A stretch of 61,692 nucleotides of DNA, filler included, from Nemertoderma westbladi (lineage: Eukaryota; Animalia; Xenacoelomorpha), in the NCBI GenBank assembly GCA_032718475.1. It is 3 parts of 3 records of this genome, joined end to end, with 100 filler letters (N's around TTAATTAATTAA, not from the genome) between each part and the next. Parts side by side here need not be neighbours in the genome. Positions count along the whole stretch, not along the records: positions 1 to 22,567 come from JAUCBJ010006638.1; 2 more parts are not named here. One strand, 5' to 3'. Shown piece by piece: positions 1 through 11,282 of this stretch. A model generated the notes under the pieces. That model did no database searches. It had not been told where the DNA came from and saw only the letters and a program-made list of their open reading frames with translations. The position numbers and the translations under genes were made by a program. Positions within the stretch are counted from its first letter, which is position 1. Every line of letters begins with the position of its first letter.

Positions 1-1549
1 GTCTACTTAGACGAGATCTATTTCCCTTGCCTTCAGTATCGGTGGTATCGCCTTCCTCAGATGATGTATATCTCTGTCTTTTGGGAGTAGATCGATTCAT
101 CATCTGCATATTACTAGCTGTTAACTGTTTATTTATGCAGTCTTGATTCTCCTGAATGTTTTCCAATTCTAATTGGGTGGTTTCTTCAGCCGCTCTCCGT
201 TCTGCTTCTACCACTGCCTCCGCCACTTTTCTTTCCGCTTCGGCCGCTGCCTTTGCCTCTGCCGCTGCCACTTTTGCCTCTGCCGCTGCCTCTGCCGCTG
301 CCGCTTTTGCCTCTGCCGCTGCCGCTTTTCTTTCTGCTTCTGCAGCTGCCACTGCTGCTGCTACTGCCGCTGCCTTTCTGTCTTCTATACGTTTTTTCTT
401 TACTTGTTCTTCTTGGACTCGTGTCAGGCGGAGTTGTTCATCAAATTTAGCCTGATTCGCAGCCCTCATTTCCACATCGATGGCATCCAACACAAGCTTG
501 GTTCCTTCGCTATTAGGGTTAAGTCCATCTAACCTTCTCCTCAACTCGTCATCACCTAAAAAACGCTGATAGTCTGACAGATAGATGTCAATGGCATCTC
601 TCTTATGTGGTTTCTCTGCCGTCGCTTCACTTTCCACTTGGGAAAAAGTGGCGTCTGTTGATTCTCCATGGGTTGATCGCTCCTCCAGCTGAGCTTTCCA
701 CTGAGCTGTTCCTTGAACCTGGAGATTCACCCTTTGAAACCAAGTCTTTACGGCGACTTGCAACGACGTGTCTTGTCTTCGTTTAGAAGCTTCCTCAAAG
801 GCTGATAAGATTAGCCTGATTCGTAGAATTCTTTCTCTAACTTGATAAAGCAGCAATCCCTGCTCTTGAGGTCCTTGAGGTTGTTGAAACAGTTGTTCTT
901 TTAATCGCTCTATAGAGCTGAAGAATCCCTGTGCGTATCCGGCTGCGGACCTCTTCCACACAGCTGGATCGATGGTTTCCTTGGCTACTCCCATCCGGTG
1001 TATGTCTTCCCAGGCAGCTTCTGATAAATCAAACGGGAGTCCGGGTCCGGGGAAGTTCCATTGCGACTCGACAATAGACTTCAGTTCTTCACTCGTGTAT
1101 CCCGCATAACTATCTCTAGTTGACCGTTGACTTCTCGCCCAATCGATCTGGTGTTCTTCCACCGCGATCAATAACCTAGTGAGTACGGCTGCAGGAAGGA
1201 TGAGAAGGGGATCCGTATAAACCGCATCCGTCATCTCTGCTCCGCGCTCGGGTGTCAGCTCTACAGTATCCTCACTACTGGAGCTGCTGGGCCGCTGAGG
1301 AATAAGTTCTTGACTAGCGGGTTGTTGCTGGTCCGCTGCTTCTTGGTCCCGCTTGACCTGAGCTCGGGTGCCTATGATAGACCTACGATGTTGGACTAGC
1401 CTAGGTTCTGTTATTACTACTGGAGGGATGACCTTCCTCACAGTGGGAGGTGAACTGAACTTACGACCAGACGGTTGTACGTCTCTATCTGAGTCGCAGA
1501 TAGTTACATCTAATAAACTGTCTGACAGGTTCTGCTTAGTATCAGACAT
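1..1549 (-). CDS. Long ORF (>=516 codons, runs off window start), putative Gag/ORF1 of an LTR-like retroelement; Ala/Glu/Lys coiled-coil region
   Basis: Manual translation from ATG at 1549 (MSDTKQNLSDSLLDVTICDSDRDVQPSGRKF...VESQWNFPGPGLPFDLSEAAWEDIHRMG...EAERKAAAAEAKAAA...GKGNRSRLSR) gives no stop to position 2. It is absent from the ORF track because it has no stop in the window. Gag identity is inferred from its position downstream of the element's promoter and leader. Confidence 0.65.
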   Translation of the reverse strand, partial: MSDTKQNLSDSLLDVTICDSDRDVQPSGRKFSSPPTVRKVIPPVVITEPRLVQHRRSIIGTRAQVKRDQEAADQQQPASQELIPQRPSSSSSEDTVELTPERGAEMTDAVYTDPLLILPAAVLTRLLIAVEEHQIDWARSQRSTRDSYAGYTSEELKSIVESQWNFPGPGLPFDLSEAAWEDIHRMGVAKETIDPAVWKRSAAGYAQGFFSSIERLKEQLFQQPQGPQEQGLLLYQVRERILRIRLILSAFEEASKRRQDTSLQVAVKTWFQRVNLQVQGTAQWKAQLEERSTHGESTDATFSQVESEATAEKPHKRDAIDIYLSDYQRFLGDDELRRRLDGLNPNSEGTKLVLDAIDVEMRAANQAKFDEQLRLTRVQEEQVKKKRIEDRKAAAVAAAVAAAEAERKAAAAEAKAAAAEAAAEAKVAAAEAKAAAEAERKVAEAVVEAERRAAEETTQLELENIQENQDCINKQLTASNMQMMNRSTPKRQRYTSSEEGDTTDTEGKGNRSRLSR

Positions 1550-2849
1550 GACTATGTATACCGTTGAATGTCTACTGCTGTATTACAGTCTGAGTAAGTC
1601 TAGTAACTCAGTATTAACTACTAGCCTAGTAATTAATTACCGGTACTGCTACTCAGTGTAGCGTGATATATAATATATTAGAATACCGGTATGCTTATAG
1701 TATATATAAGTATTATTACAGACTAGGTTTATCTCAGAATACCGGTATAATTTTAGCACAAATATATATAAATATATAATAGGCCTATCGGGAATACCGG
1801 TATACAGCTTACAATTTGTAGTATATATAATTCTGGACTAGAATTAATTACAAGTACCGGTATAATTTCAGCCTAAATTTACAGAAATAAAGATAATAGG
1901 CCTATCGTAAATACCGGTATATCAATTATTTTAAATAATTGAATTTCTGAACTTTAGGGTTACTTTACTTACTTTATTACCGTTATTTGAACAGTAGTCC
2001 AACTGATATTGAGACCTAATTGTTGTATGGCAGGCCTACTATTTATAAATCGTTAGATTTGATTTATAATATATATATACCCGTTTTAATGGGTTTTGTC
2101 AATATTTGAAATAAATGTTATTATTTCTGGGGAGTAATCACTACACAAAGCGGTGCGCTTTCAGTGAAGTGTTACTTATAGGACACTAAAACAAATAATT
2201 CTAATTTACCTAAGTTACTTAATACTACAAATTACGTACGATTCGGGTTGAGATTACAATCTCTAAATAAACACAAAAATTTACAAAAAACACAAAATAC
2301 TAATTTTTAGGGTATTTTTACAAGAAGTCTACAAACCAGTCTAACAAAGGGTTAGAATCTGGTTATTACAACGGACAGGGTACTACGGTATTTGAAATAA
2401 TAAGTAGTAGTAAATACACTGCGTTGTCCAGATAGAAAAATACCACCGCCTGACGACCTATAGCCGTATCGCTATAGGTTCTACGTTATGTATCACGGAG
2501 TGTTCCTACCTAGAAGTTAATAGAGCTAATCGAACGTGCCTATCAACCACTTTACAACACAAATATAATGCCTACACTAATTACTTTCGGAAAGCACTGT
2601 ACACTAAACCCTAAATTAGGTACGAGTACTTGTACAACAGATAATCAGTAGTTAAATATACTTGAACAGCTAAAAGAACCACGGCATCTGCTGGAGTGAC
2701 CGATGCACAAAATCACCAGTCTTTACCTACGCCAAACAGCCCGTGTAGTACCGGGGTTAATTTAACTATAACGGTATGTATAACAAACACAATTACTGTA
2801 GGAACAAACTTGGGGAATGAATGTTGCGGATAATCGCATAAACTCTGAA

Positions 2850-3425
2850 TAATAAATATTACGCTACGCGTACAAACTACTCAAACAAAATGCAGACCGA
2901 ACACTGACAGACTACTATCAAGCCTAAACAAACTACAGGACATGCAGACTCCGAAATGATTAGGGAGTATGCGCTCTAACCCAGTAGTGCGACTTATTCT
3001 TTAGTTGGGGGTTTACCTTACCGCGTTCGCTGCCCCTACTTCCTAACCGTACTTAATCGGACAAGTGATCTACACACGCTGCAATCCGTTCAGACCTAAT
3101 AACAGCCAGACAACTATCCAGCCTACAAATTATCTAAATAAATATTATACGCTACCCGTACAGACTTACACAAACAAAGTACAGACTAAACGATGGCAGA
3201 CTACTCTCAAGCCTAAATAAACTACAGGACATGCAGACTCCAAAATGATTAGGGAGTATGCGCTCTAACCCAGTAGTGCGACTTATTCTTTAGTTGGGGG
3301 TTTACCTTACAGCGTTCGCTGCCCCTACTTCCTAACCGTACTTAATCGGACAGGTGATCTACACACACTGCAATCCGTTCAGACTTAACAGCAATCAGAC
3401 AACAGCTCAGCCTACAAATCGTCTG
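2850..3425. repeat. Two tandem 289-bp units inside the LTR-like element leader
   Basis: CAAGCCTAAA occurs at 2919 and 3208; the same 289-bp period is seen in the second copy (54380, 54669). Confidence 0.9.
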
Positions 3426-3594
3426 CACAATCTGATCAGGTTTACACGCCTTCTGTTCAATACTGGCCTACAAACAAATAAAACTGACAGAAATAGGCCT
3501 AAGTAAAAATCCCAATAAAAACCAGGCGTCCCCGATTAATTATTAAGACCTACCAGCATATATAATCAAATCGAATAATACTGCTGTACTTATA

Positions 3595-3735
3595 CGGAAG
3601 TACCGGTTAGGACAGTTAGGCCTACGGACCTACAGAAGTACCGGTTCTGGCAGTTGGACCTACGGGCCTACGGCAGTACCGGTTCTGGCAGTTGGGCCTA
3701 CTGACCTACAGATGGACCGTTCAGGTTTACCGGTT
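3595..3735. repeat. ~38-bp minisatellite (CAGTACCGGTTCTGGCAGTTGGGCCTACGGACCTACAG), 3-4 degenerate units
   Basis: Read directly; the same unit is expanded at 55060-55340. Confidence 0.8.
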
Positions 3736-6123
3736 GACCGGTACTTTCAACTTTATTGCTTACCGCAATAAAGAAGCATATATCCTTTAATGTTCGCGCT
3801 TTCAGACCTTTGGCAGTTTAACCCGCCAAATTAGGATGTCTTCTAGATATTAAATCGCTTTTTAGCCTATGACAAATATTTGATTCACTACACTAGTCGA
3901 AACCAATCTGTGCGCGATCATTCACCCGCTGGATATTCCCGGGAGATTGGGTTCGACGGTTTAATTTTATTGCTATGTAAGCCTAATGTATTATTCGACT
4001 GACAGTATTATATAATCTCTGACAATATTATTCATCTTCGGGGAATATTAACAGTTCCTTTAGGACGTGGCGCTTTATCTATATAAACAGAGTTATGACT
4101 TAAACTACTCACAACGATATGGCTTAATTATAATTCACATATATGGCGCATTCTTTAGGAATTGCTTCTTTAACAGACTCACTCATACACAATGCTGCAC
4201 AATACTGCACACTAATCTGCCAATCTTCACTGATTTTAGTCACATATAAAAGGAACACAGACTGACTCATGTAGGGTCTATCAAATAACATTAGATTCAC
4301 TTCAAACCACTTTAACATAAGTCACAATCGTTATTGGTAACCTTTCTCTCTTACCTTCGGTATATCAAGAATATTGGGTTTTCGGGGTTATTTCTCGTTA
4401 TTCCAATATAATAATTCATCAACCAATATAATGAATAACCGACAACAAATAGCAGTACACAGTATCGATTGAGCAGGTAATTTTAGCAGTTTCAGCAGTT
4501 ATTAAAAGCCGTGTGTCAGCAGTCAGTGTATTCCCAGATCAGTGATTCCATGAGTTAAAGGATATATGCCCTTATAATTAAACCTACTAGTGTAAGACTA
4601 AAAACTGAAAACACGGAGGTGCCAAAAGCCGGTTCTTAGGCTCTGGGCAAAAAACATAACACTGAACTACTGAGTTTCTGTATATACCTCCAACACAGAG
4701 ACAACAAACGCTCTGATTGGTCAACCTGAACAACGAGAGAACAAAGAAACAAAGAAACGTCGACGTGGCAATATCAGCTGCTAGCCGTCGTCATGGTAGC
4801 GACACTGTTTCAAAGTATCCAGCTATTGCGTCACGAGATTGTGGATTATGTCCTCTAAAGTACAAATACAGTACAAATACATAAGAAATGACTTTTATGT
4901 CCTCTAAAACACCAGTACAGCAAGGACACGGCCTTTTTATGCCTGGCAAACCAACTACAGAGTACTTTAAGGGAAAATAACCGGCTAATTACGCAAAAGC
5001 TTTTACACTTACGTCAATTATTAAAATATAATTTATCTAATGTTCCAATGTAGACTAATTGATAGGTCTGTAATAAATATGAGTAAACATGTAGGTGCAA
5101 GGCAGTCCCCCTGTAAAATTCCCCGAAGTTGCGATATTGCGTTGCTGAGTTGAAGTCCATCGACAACACAAATGTTGTTATTAAGCAGATCTTTGATTAT
5201 ATTGTATAATCTTCCATTTATTCCAAACTTGTATAATTTTGATAGGATTAGAACCCTGGATAGGAGGTCAAAGGCTTTCCGGAAGTCGACAAATGCGGCG
5301 TAGACCTTGCGCTGTCCTGAGGTTGGTGACTTGAATGCGGTTTGTATTTCCCTAATTAAAATACTAATAGCTTCAGTTGTTGGGTTACTTATTGGGTAGA
5401 AAGCCGTATTGCTCTCTAGGTAACTTGTGGGATGTGAAGAAGCGAATCCGTGAGTTGATAATTGACGTTAATGTTTTAAGGAATTCAGAAATAAGAGCAA
5501 TGCCACGATAGTTGTTTGGATCAGATCTCGGGCCCTTTCCTTTGTATAGAATGGATATCAAACACTCCTTCTAGGTGTTTGGGAGTTTGCCGATGTTGAG
5601 ACAAGCGTTGAATAGCAGGCCGAGTAGAGGGAGTATATAGGGAGATTGGCTTTTAAATGTTCATAGAAGATTCCGTCGGGACCACTAGATAGGTAGGGAA
5701 TTATTGATGCGATTATTAATTATTTATTTTTATTATTTATTATTAATTATTGATGTGATTATTTCAGTAAATGGGTAGTTGTACCATTCGTCTGCGTCTG
5801 TTTCAAGTTGAGTCTGGATTGGAATTTCTGGACTGTCTGGCGTGATAGAGGGAACTCCAACAAGGTTTTTGAAGTGGGTTTCAAGCGTTTATGTGTTGTG
5901 GGAGAAACCGATGGGTTCGAGTTTTTAAATAACCAGGGTTGGATCTCGGACCTGTGGATGCGGGAGAGTAATTTCCCTTCGTCATGATTGCCTTTTTTCT
6001 CTTTTATCAGATCTTTGTATTTCTTTCTGAGCAACCAGTAGTTTTCCGCATCCTCCGGTGAGTCACCTCTGTGCTGCATTATTGTTATCAGTTGTTTCTT
6101 TAACGACGTACAGTACACTCCTG

Positions 6124-7901
6124 GGCGAGTGCGAATATAACTGTACGATTAATCGTATCATGTTAAGATTAATCGTGAATATATATACGAACGATATTGT
6201 TCGTAAAAACAAAATATTTTTACTACACTGTGTATAAAGGCATTTACGATTAATCGTACTATTTTTACGATTAATCGTATTTTATGACAGAAATTAAAAT
6301 ATGCTGATGTGAATAAAATTTTACGAACTATCGTTGTCGTAAATATCGATCGTACGTATTAGAAATCGTTCGTTTATTTACGGCAACTCACGTTTGTGTC
6401 GTAGCTTTAAAGTAAATATAGCTAAATATTAATATGTTTTCAGTATGTTTAGGCTGTTCCGTATGTGTGGCCATTTTTGTCTCTTTTTTAAACAAGTTTA
6501 GCTTTTTTATGGTAATTTCTACAATAATTTATTAATCATTAGCACATTATTTTTAACTAAGTAATGAAGTAACATTATAATATTTTTTTTTTTTTTTTAC
6601 TTTTTTCGATAAAAGATAAAAGATAAAAGAACTTAAAACATATTTTTCATAATAATGTAATAAATGTAATTTCGTCATAAATAATTATTTTTATTTTTCA
6701 TTAAGGGGGTAGCCACCCCAAGGTCAAAGTCTCAGATATGTGTTTATTTACATATTTCATCTACAGAGTAGAATTTAATGAGAATTTCAAATCTGAAAAC
6801 GGCTTAGTAGAGATATATAATTTAATTCTAGAGTAGGCCTAGTCGTGGAATCTCTGCCTATGAATCTGACCGTCACGTGCAATGTATAACGGACACCCAG
6901 CCCAGACAATCCGACTGACAGACAGAGTTTCAGGACAAGGTATTACTACGGATTTTACTATGTAAACTATGCCAAAGGTGCAAGTGAAACATAAGCAATT
7001 AAACTATCTACAGTATATGTGCAAGTCACCGGCCCCGGCCTCTTTTTATTGACTGGGGCCGCATGTAGCCCGGGGGGGGGGGGGGGGGGTGCTAAAAATC
7101 GCTATTTTGGCCGGGGCCATTGCCGGTACCCGGTCGTTCACTAGTTCTCAGGTAATAGACATATTATCTCATTTAATGATTGTCAATAATATTACCACTG
7201 CAGAAGGCTTATATCCAAAATTCTTTATTCCTCAAAATATTAGGCATATTATTTATTGAGGGAATTTTTACACTGAATCATTAGCGGAGGGTGCCGGTAT
7301 ATAAAATTAGTTATTTCCATATCATGACTGCATCGACATCGGCATACGATAATTTTTCATATTTCTGCCAATTTGAAGCGCCTACGATCTTGATTTTACC
7401 CATAAAACACAAATTCATTGTCAGTACCTACCTGCCATAAATTTCACGTTCAGGTACCATCTGTGCCTTTGGGTTGGGATGCAGATTAGAAGAGGTGACA
7501 CACGTACTGTCCTCCTTTGTTTGATTGATTGGCGGTTTGACTAATTTTCTCAAATGCTGATTTTGTGATACAATCGCTTAATTTTAATTTGTGTCCCATA
7601 ACTGATCCTCGTGCTGCGCGAAGGCCCCACGAACGTGTAGTGTTGTTGTCACGAAAACGGCGTAACTTAAACCTACGATTGATCTTAAATTATTTACTAT
7701 TAATCGTATTGAACATACTGTATGTTTTATTCACAATAGCAATACGATTAATATTTTTCACGAATAATCGTAAAATTTCTACGATCAATCTTGACAACGT
7801 GCAATTTTATTCACATCAAACATACGAATAATCGTAAAAATAGTACAAAAGAGAATTGATCATACGATGGCGATCAATCGTGAGTTTTATTCACACTCGC
7901 C
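6124..7901. mobile_element. Non-autonomous PIF/Harbinger-like DNA transposon (1.78 kb)
   Basis: Imperfect TIRs GGCGAGTGCGAATATAAC / GTTTTATTCACACTCGCC, with CTG duplicated (6121-6123, 7902-7904) in a CCTGG context. Removing it restores LINE codons KPWFDQEC. Many subterminal ACGATTAATCGT motifs. Confidence 0.8.
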
Positions 7902-8439
7902 CTGGTCGAACCACGGTTTATTGGGTTGAGCTTTAACAATATGTTTAGCTGTTGAGTCTGCGACCATTGCTGTCAATAGTTGAGATGCAATGTTCACATT
8001 CTGTTGATTTATATGGGTGTGATATTCTGACATATTTCGATGATTTATGAAAATGTCGGAGTTTAATTTCCGGCTTAATCGAAGCTTTTCTTGCAAGCAA
8101 ATTTCAGTAGGGATAGAAGTCGAATTGCTGAGTACAAAACTCGAAAACTGGCAATAATGGCTTGATATTTGCGGATTGGATTTAAGGATATAATGCACTT
8201 TGTAGGAGAGTTATTATAAACTGTTGGATCTGGCGAATGATCACGTGGATATCTGAGAAAGAATAGATCAATTGTACTTTCGCCTTGTGGCGAAATGTAG
8301 GTTTTTTCATTCGGTAGATTTAGACAATTAAAACCAAGTTTCTCTAGAGAGTTATCCAGTGACAATCCTCGAGATCCACAGTCATGCCGGCAGTTAAAAT
8401 CACCGCCTATGATTATAAATGGGATGGGATGGTTCCCCC

Positions 8440-8505
8440 TTGTTGTAGTGGTCGCAATGAATTCACATCTCCCGTAGGTCGTGGGTTCAATCCTCACATG
8501 GGCCA
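8440..8505 (+). pseudogene. tRNA-like fragment / SINE head
   Basis: A-box-like GTAGTGGTC, AGGTC variable loop, T-arm GTGGG-TTCAATC-CTCAC, ending in CCA; acceptor and anticodon arms are degraded. Confidence 0.4.
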
Positions 8506-8885
8506 GGGCAGTTTTCGTTTCGGCACGAATGCTTTAAGGGACCAGCCATAAGAATCATTTCTTCCATTTCAGTGGCTGGTTTTATGTAAAATACAATGAA
8601 GAAAGACAAATTGGTTTCGAGAACTATAAATGACTGATGACGGAGATTCCTTAACCAGGTTTGGGTTTAGAAACGGTTTACATAACATCATAAGACCGCC
8701 CTGGTCTACCACGTGCACGACTTGTTGCAGGGTGAATAAACGGGTAGTAGCGGCCATTGTATGGATATGAAGGGTCGGTGTAAGAAGAGTTTCGGTTAGG
8801 AGTAGAATGTCGGCATTTTGGTATAATTCTAAACTTCTTAGAGAGTCAAATACTTTCCTAAAACCCTCAACGTTCCAAAGAAGGT

Positions 8886-10260
8886 TAGTCTTTTTGTAAA
8901 CTCTAAGAAGACCAAAATTATGACAGAGAAGAACCTTGACAGCCAGTCCTCAGGAAATGTCTGATCGTAAGGGCATAAGCTCGAAGGACGACGGCTTGCT
9001 TGAGTATGTGGATTATTTCTGCTACTTGGAATCATGGATCCGGAAATCAGGTGAAGACCTTCGGATACGTAAGGGGAAGGCACGGGCAGCGTTAAACAGT
9101 CTGTCCAGGATTTGGAAGTCTCATAGAAAAAAACGGTATCTCAAGGTGCGATTATTCTGGGCGGTTCATTATCCAACACTAGAAGCAGCATTTCTAATTA
9201 GCTGAGGAGCCGTTGGGTTCCATCTAGTGATTCTGAGAGTACTCCTAAGTCATCAGCAAAGTCTAGATCAGTTAGATACTTGGCAGGATTTCCTCGACTT
9301 CTGGAGCCAGTAGGTGTAGTTATCATCACCCCATCATCATTATGATGATCTAAGGACATGCGTAGAACATAGTCAACCACAATTATGAACAAGAATGGTG
9401 CAAGTGTGTCTCCCTGGAGGACGCCCCATAACACTTCAAATGGTTCTGTGTCACCGTCAACAGTAGACACAAATGTTGTCGAACCATCGTATACTGATCT
9501 GATTGCTGCAATAATTTCATCAGGAATCCCATATAATGAAAGTATGCTAAACATACGTGAACGAGAGACTGAATCAAAGGTCTTGAAGAAGTCAACAAAG
9601 ATAACAGATAGATGCCTGTCTTTCTTTTTTGATAACTCTTCAATTATCCTTCTAAGTGCCAAAATGGGCTCCATGGTCCCACGACCTTTACGGAACCCAT
9701 TCTGATTTCCACGGAGCAGTCTTTCAATGGGATCCCTGATGCGATTTAATAGAATTCTATTGTATAGCTTTGCAGCAATCGAGATCAATGAGATTCCCCG
9801 AAAAGAACCATGGAGTGTTAGGTTGCCCTTCTTGGGAACTGGCACCAACATATTTGTTTTCATTTCTTGTGGGACTCTTGTTGTTCGGTACATGTCTACT
9901 ATGATGGGATAGATGAGCTTTTGCTACTTTGCTATTTCTGCTACTTGGAATCATGGATCCGGAAGTCAGGTGAAGACCTTCGGATACGTAAGGGAAAGGC
10001 ACGGGCAGCGTTAAACAGTATGTCCAGGATTTGGAAGTCTCATAGAAAAAAACGGAACCTCAAGGTGCGATTATTCAGGGTGGCAGGAGTACCAGAACTG
10101 AGTACTCTTATATGTGAGTCCGTGCTAGGCTCTAAATAACTAATACCAAATCTATGGATGGCTCTTGGAGGTGTTCAATGGACTCCCCCATGCATAGTCG
10201 TGTGCTTTGGCGGCCTCATGGATTGAATAAACATGGTGGACAGCCCATAACTTTCTTTAG
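8886..10260. mobile_element. Rearranged RTE-clade LINE fragments (+ 8886-9165, - 9166-9925, + 9930-10260)
   Basis: RT motifs FRGISLISIAAKLYNRIL, QNGFRKGR, VIFVDF, GVLQGDTLAPFLF and DLDFADDL on the minus strand; FCYL(G/E)SWI segment on the plus strand twice. Same family as 12622-14386 and 60528-61692. Confidence 0.9.
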
Positions 10261-10399
10261 TAAAGGGTCTACGTAGTTCGGAAATCCCCCAACTGACAAT
10301 ATCTCAACTGACAATACTGACAACTGCCAACTGACAATATTGTAGGCCTACCCGGGGGTTCTTTGCTCATCTATTATCGTAATATATTGGTTTTATATT

Positions 10400-10625
10400 C
10401 GGCATATAAAGGGCATCTAAAGACACACATCCAATCAATTCATAAAGGAATCAAGTATAATTGCGTTTATTGTGACAATCAATTTAATGATAAAGGGAAT
10501 CTTAAAGAACACATGGAATTATTTTATAAAGATGTCAAATATAATTGCGTTCATTGTAATAATGTTTACTCCTTAAAATAAAAGCGACTCTACAGAAACA
10601 CATCAACTATGTTCATAAAGACACA
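10400..10625 (+). pseudogene. C2H2 zinc-finger array remnant
   Basis: HLKTHIQSIHKGIKYNCVYCDNQFNDKGNLKEHM...YNCVHC, then a stop/frameshift, then ATLQKHINYVHK. Confidence 0.7.
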
Positions 10626-11282
10626 AATTAAGAGTGCTGATTGCCGGATCTGACAACTTTCGACATCCAACACGATTTATCAACAGAAACTCCTACCCTT
10701 TTGTGTGTGGGCTGTTTTATCTTAACTAAAAGTCAGGACAGAACTGTGATTAGAAATACGATCTTATTCTATAGAAAATCCCGATCCCGATGGAAGAATA
10801 TCGGGATTTGCTATGTCTCAATTTATTTGCCGTGCAGCTTAAAATCAGTAAAATTGTATAAAATGTAAAATTTTTGTCCATAACAAAAACAAACATTTTG
10901 GTCAAAAACATAAATTAGGGAGGATTTTCATTGGATGATTGAAGGATGTGAGTCAAGAAATGTAAGAAAATTTCCGAAAATTTCCTATTTTATTAATTTA
11001 TTATATAATGTTTACTTTTAATAGTAAATATTTACAGAAATATCCTCTGTATTAATAAAATAAAATAATAATAATATGATTTGAACCAAAATTGTGATTA
11101 TGACATTGTGTTTTGTCAATTTCATTATTAACTAGATGTTTTATATTAATTTTTCGGAAATGAATACAATTTTCAATTTTAACTCTTTCACAATTTTATT
11201 ACCTTCTGCTATTTTGTCAGTTTATACACATTCTGAATCTAAAATGACATAGGAAAATAAACACTAGAAACAAATGGTTCCT

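Larger units (their letters stand above)
1..5007 (-). mobile_element. Large LTR-like retroelement, 5' portion (terminus, promoter, ~3-kb leader, ORF1)
   Basis: 2480-5007 is homologous to 53925-56588. Homology stops exactly at ...CGCAAAAGCTTTTACA in both copies, giving a TGTAAAAGC start on the minus strand (TG terminus). A CCAAT box (plus GCTCTGATTGG ~4710/56333) and a TATA-like motif (~4575/56168) are conserved. It abuts and truncates a LINE RT. No PBS or second LTR was found. Confidence 0.6.
5008..8885 (-). mobile_element. Degenerate non-LTR retrotransposon ORF2 (APE endonuclease + RT), interrupted by an insertion at 6124-7901
   Basis: Minus-strand motifs: WNVEG...DILLLTET (APE N-terminus, ~8790-8880), IIIGGDFN, TIDLFF, KPWFDQEC (split by the insertion), YAAFVDFRKAFD (~5270-5305), GILQGDCLAP (~5090-5125). 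Multiple stops and frameshifts. Confidence 0.85.

Noticed and set aside
156-532. Plus-strand Ala-, Cys- and Leu/Pro-rich ORFs
   Set aside because: Antisense shadows of the coiled-coil region of the long minus-strand ORF.
2720-3845. Possible primer-binding sites (CTACGCCA ~2727, ACCCGCCA ~3821) for the LTR-like element
   Set aside because: Matches to tRNA 3' ends are too short and are not adjacent to a clear TG...CA LTR boundary.
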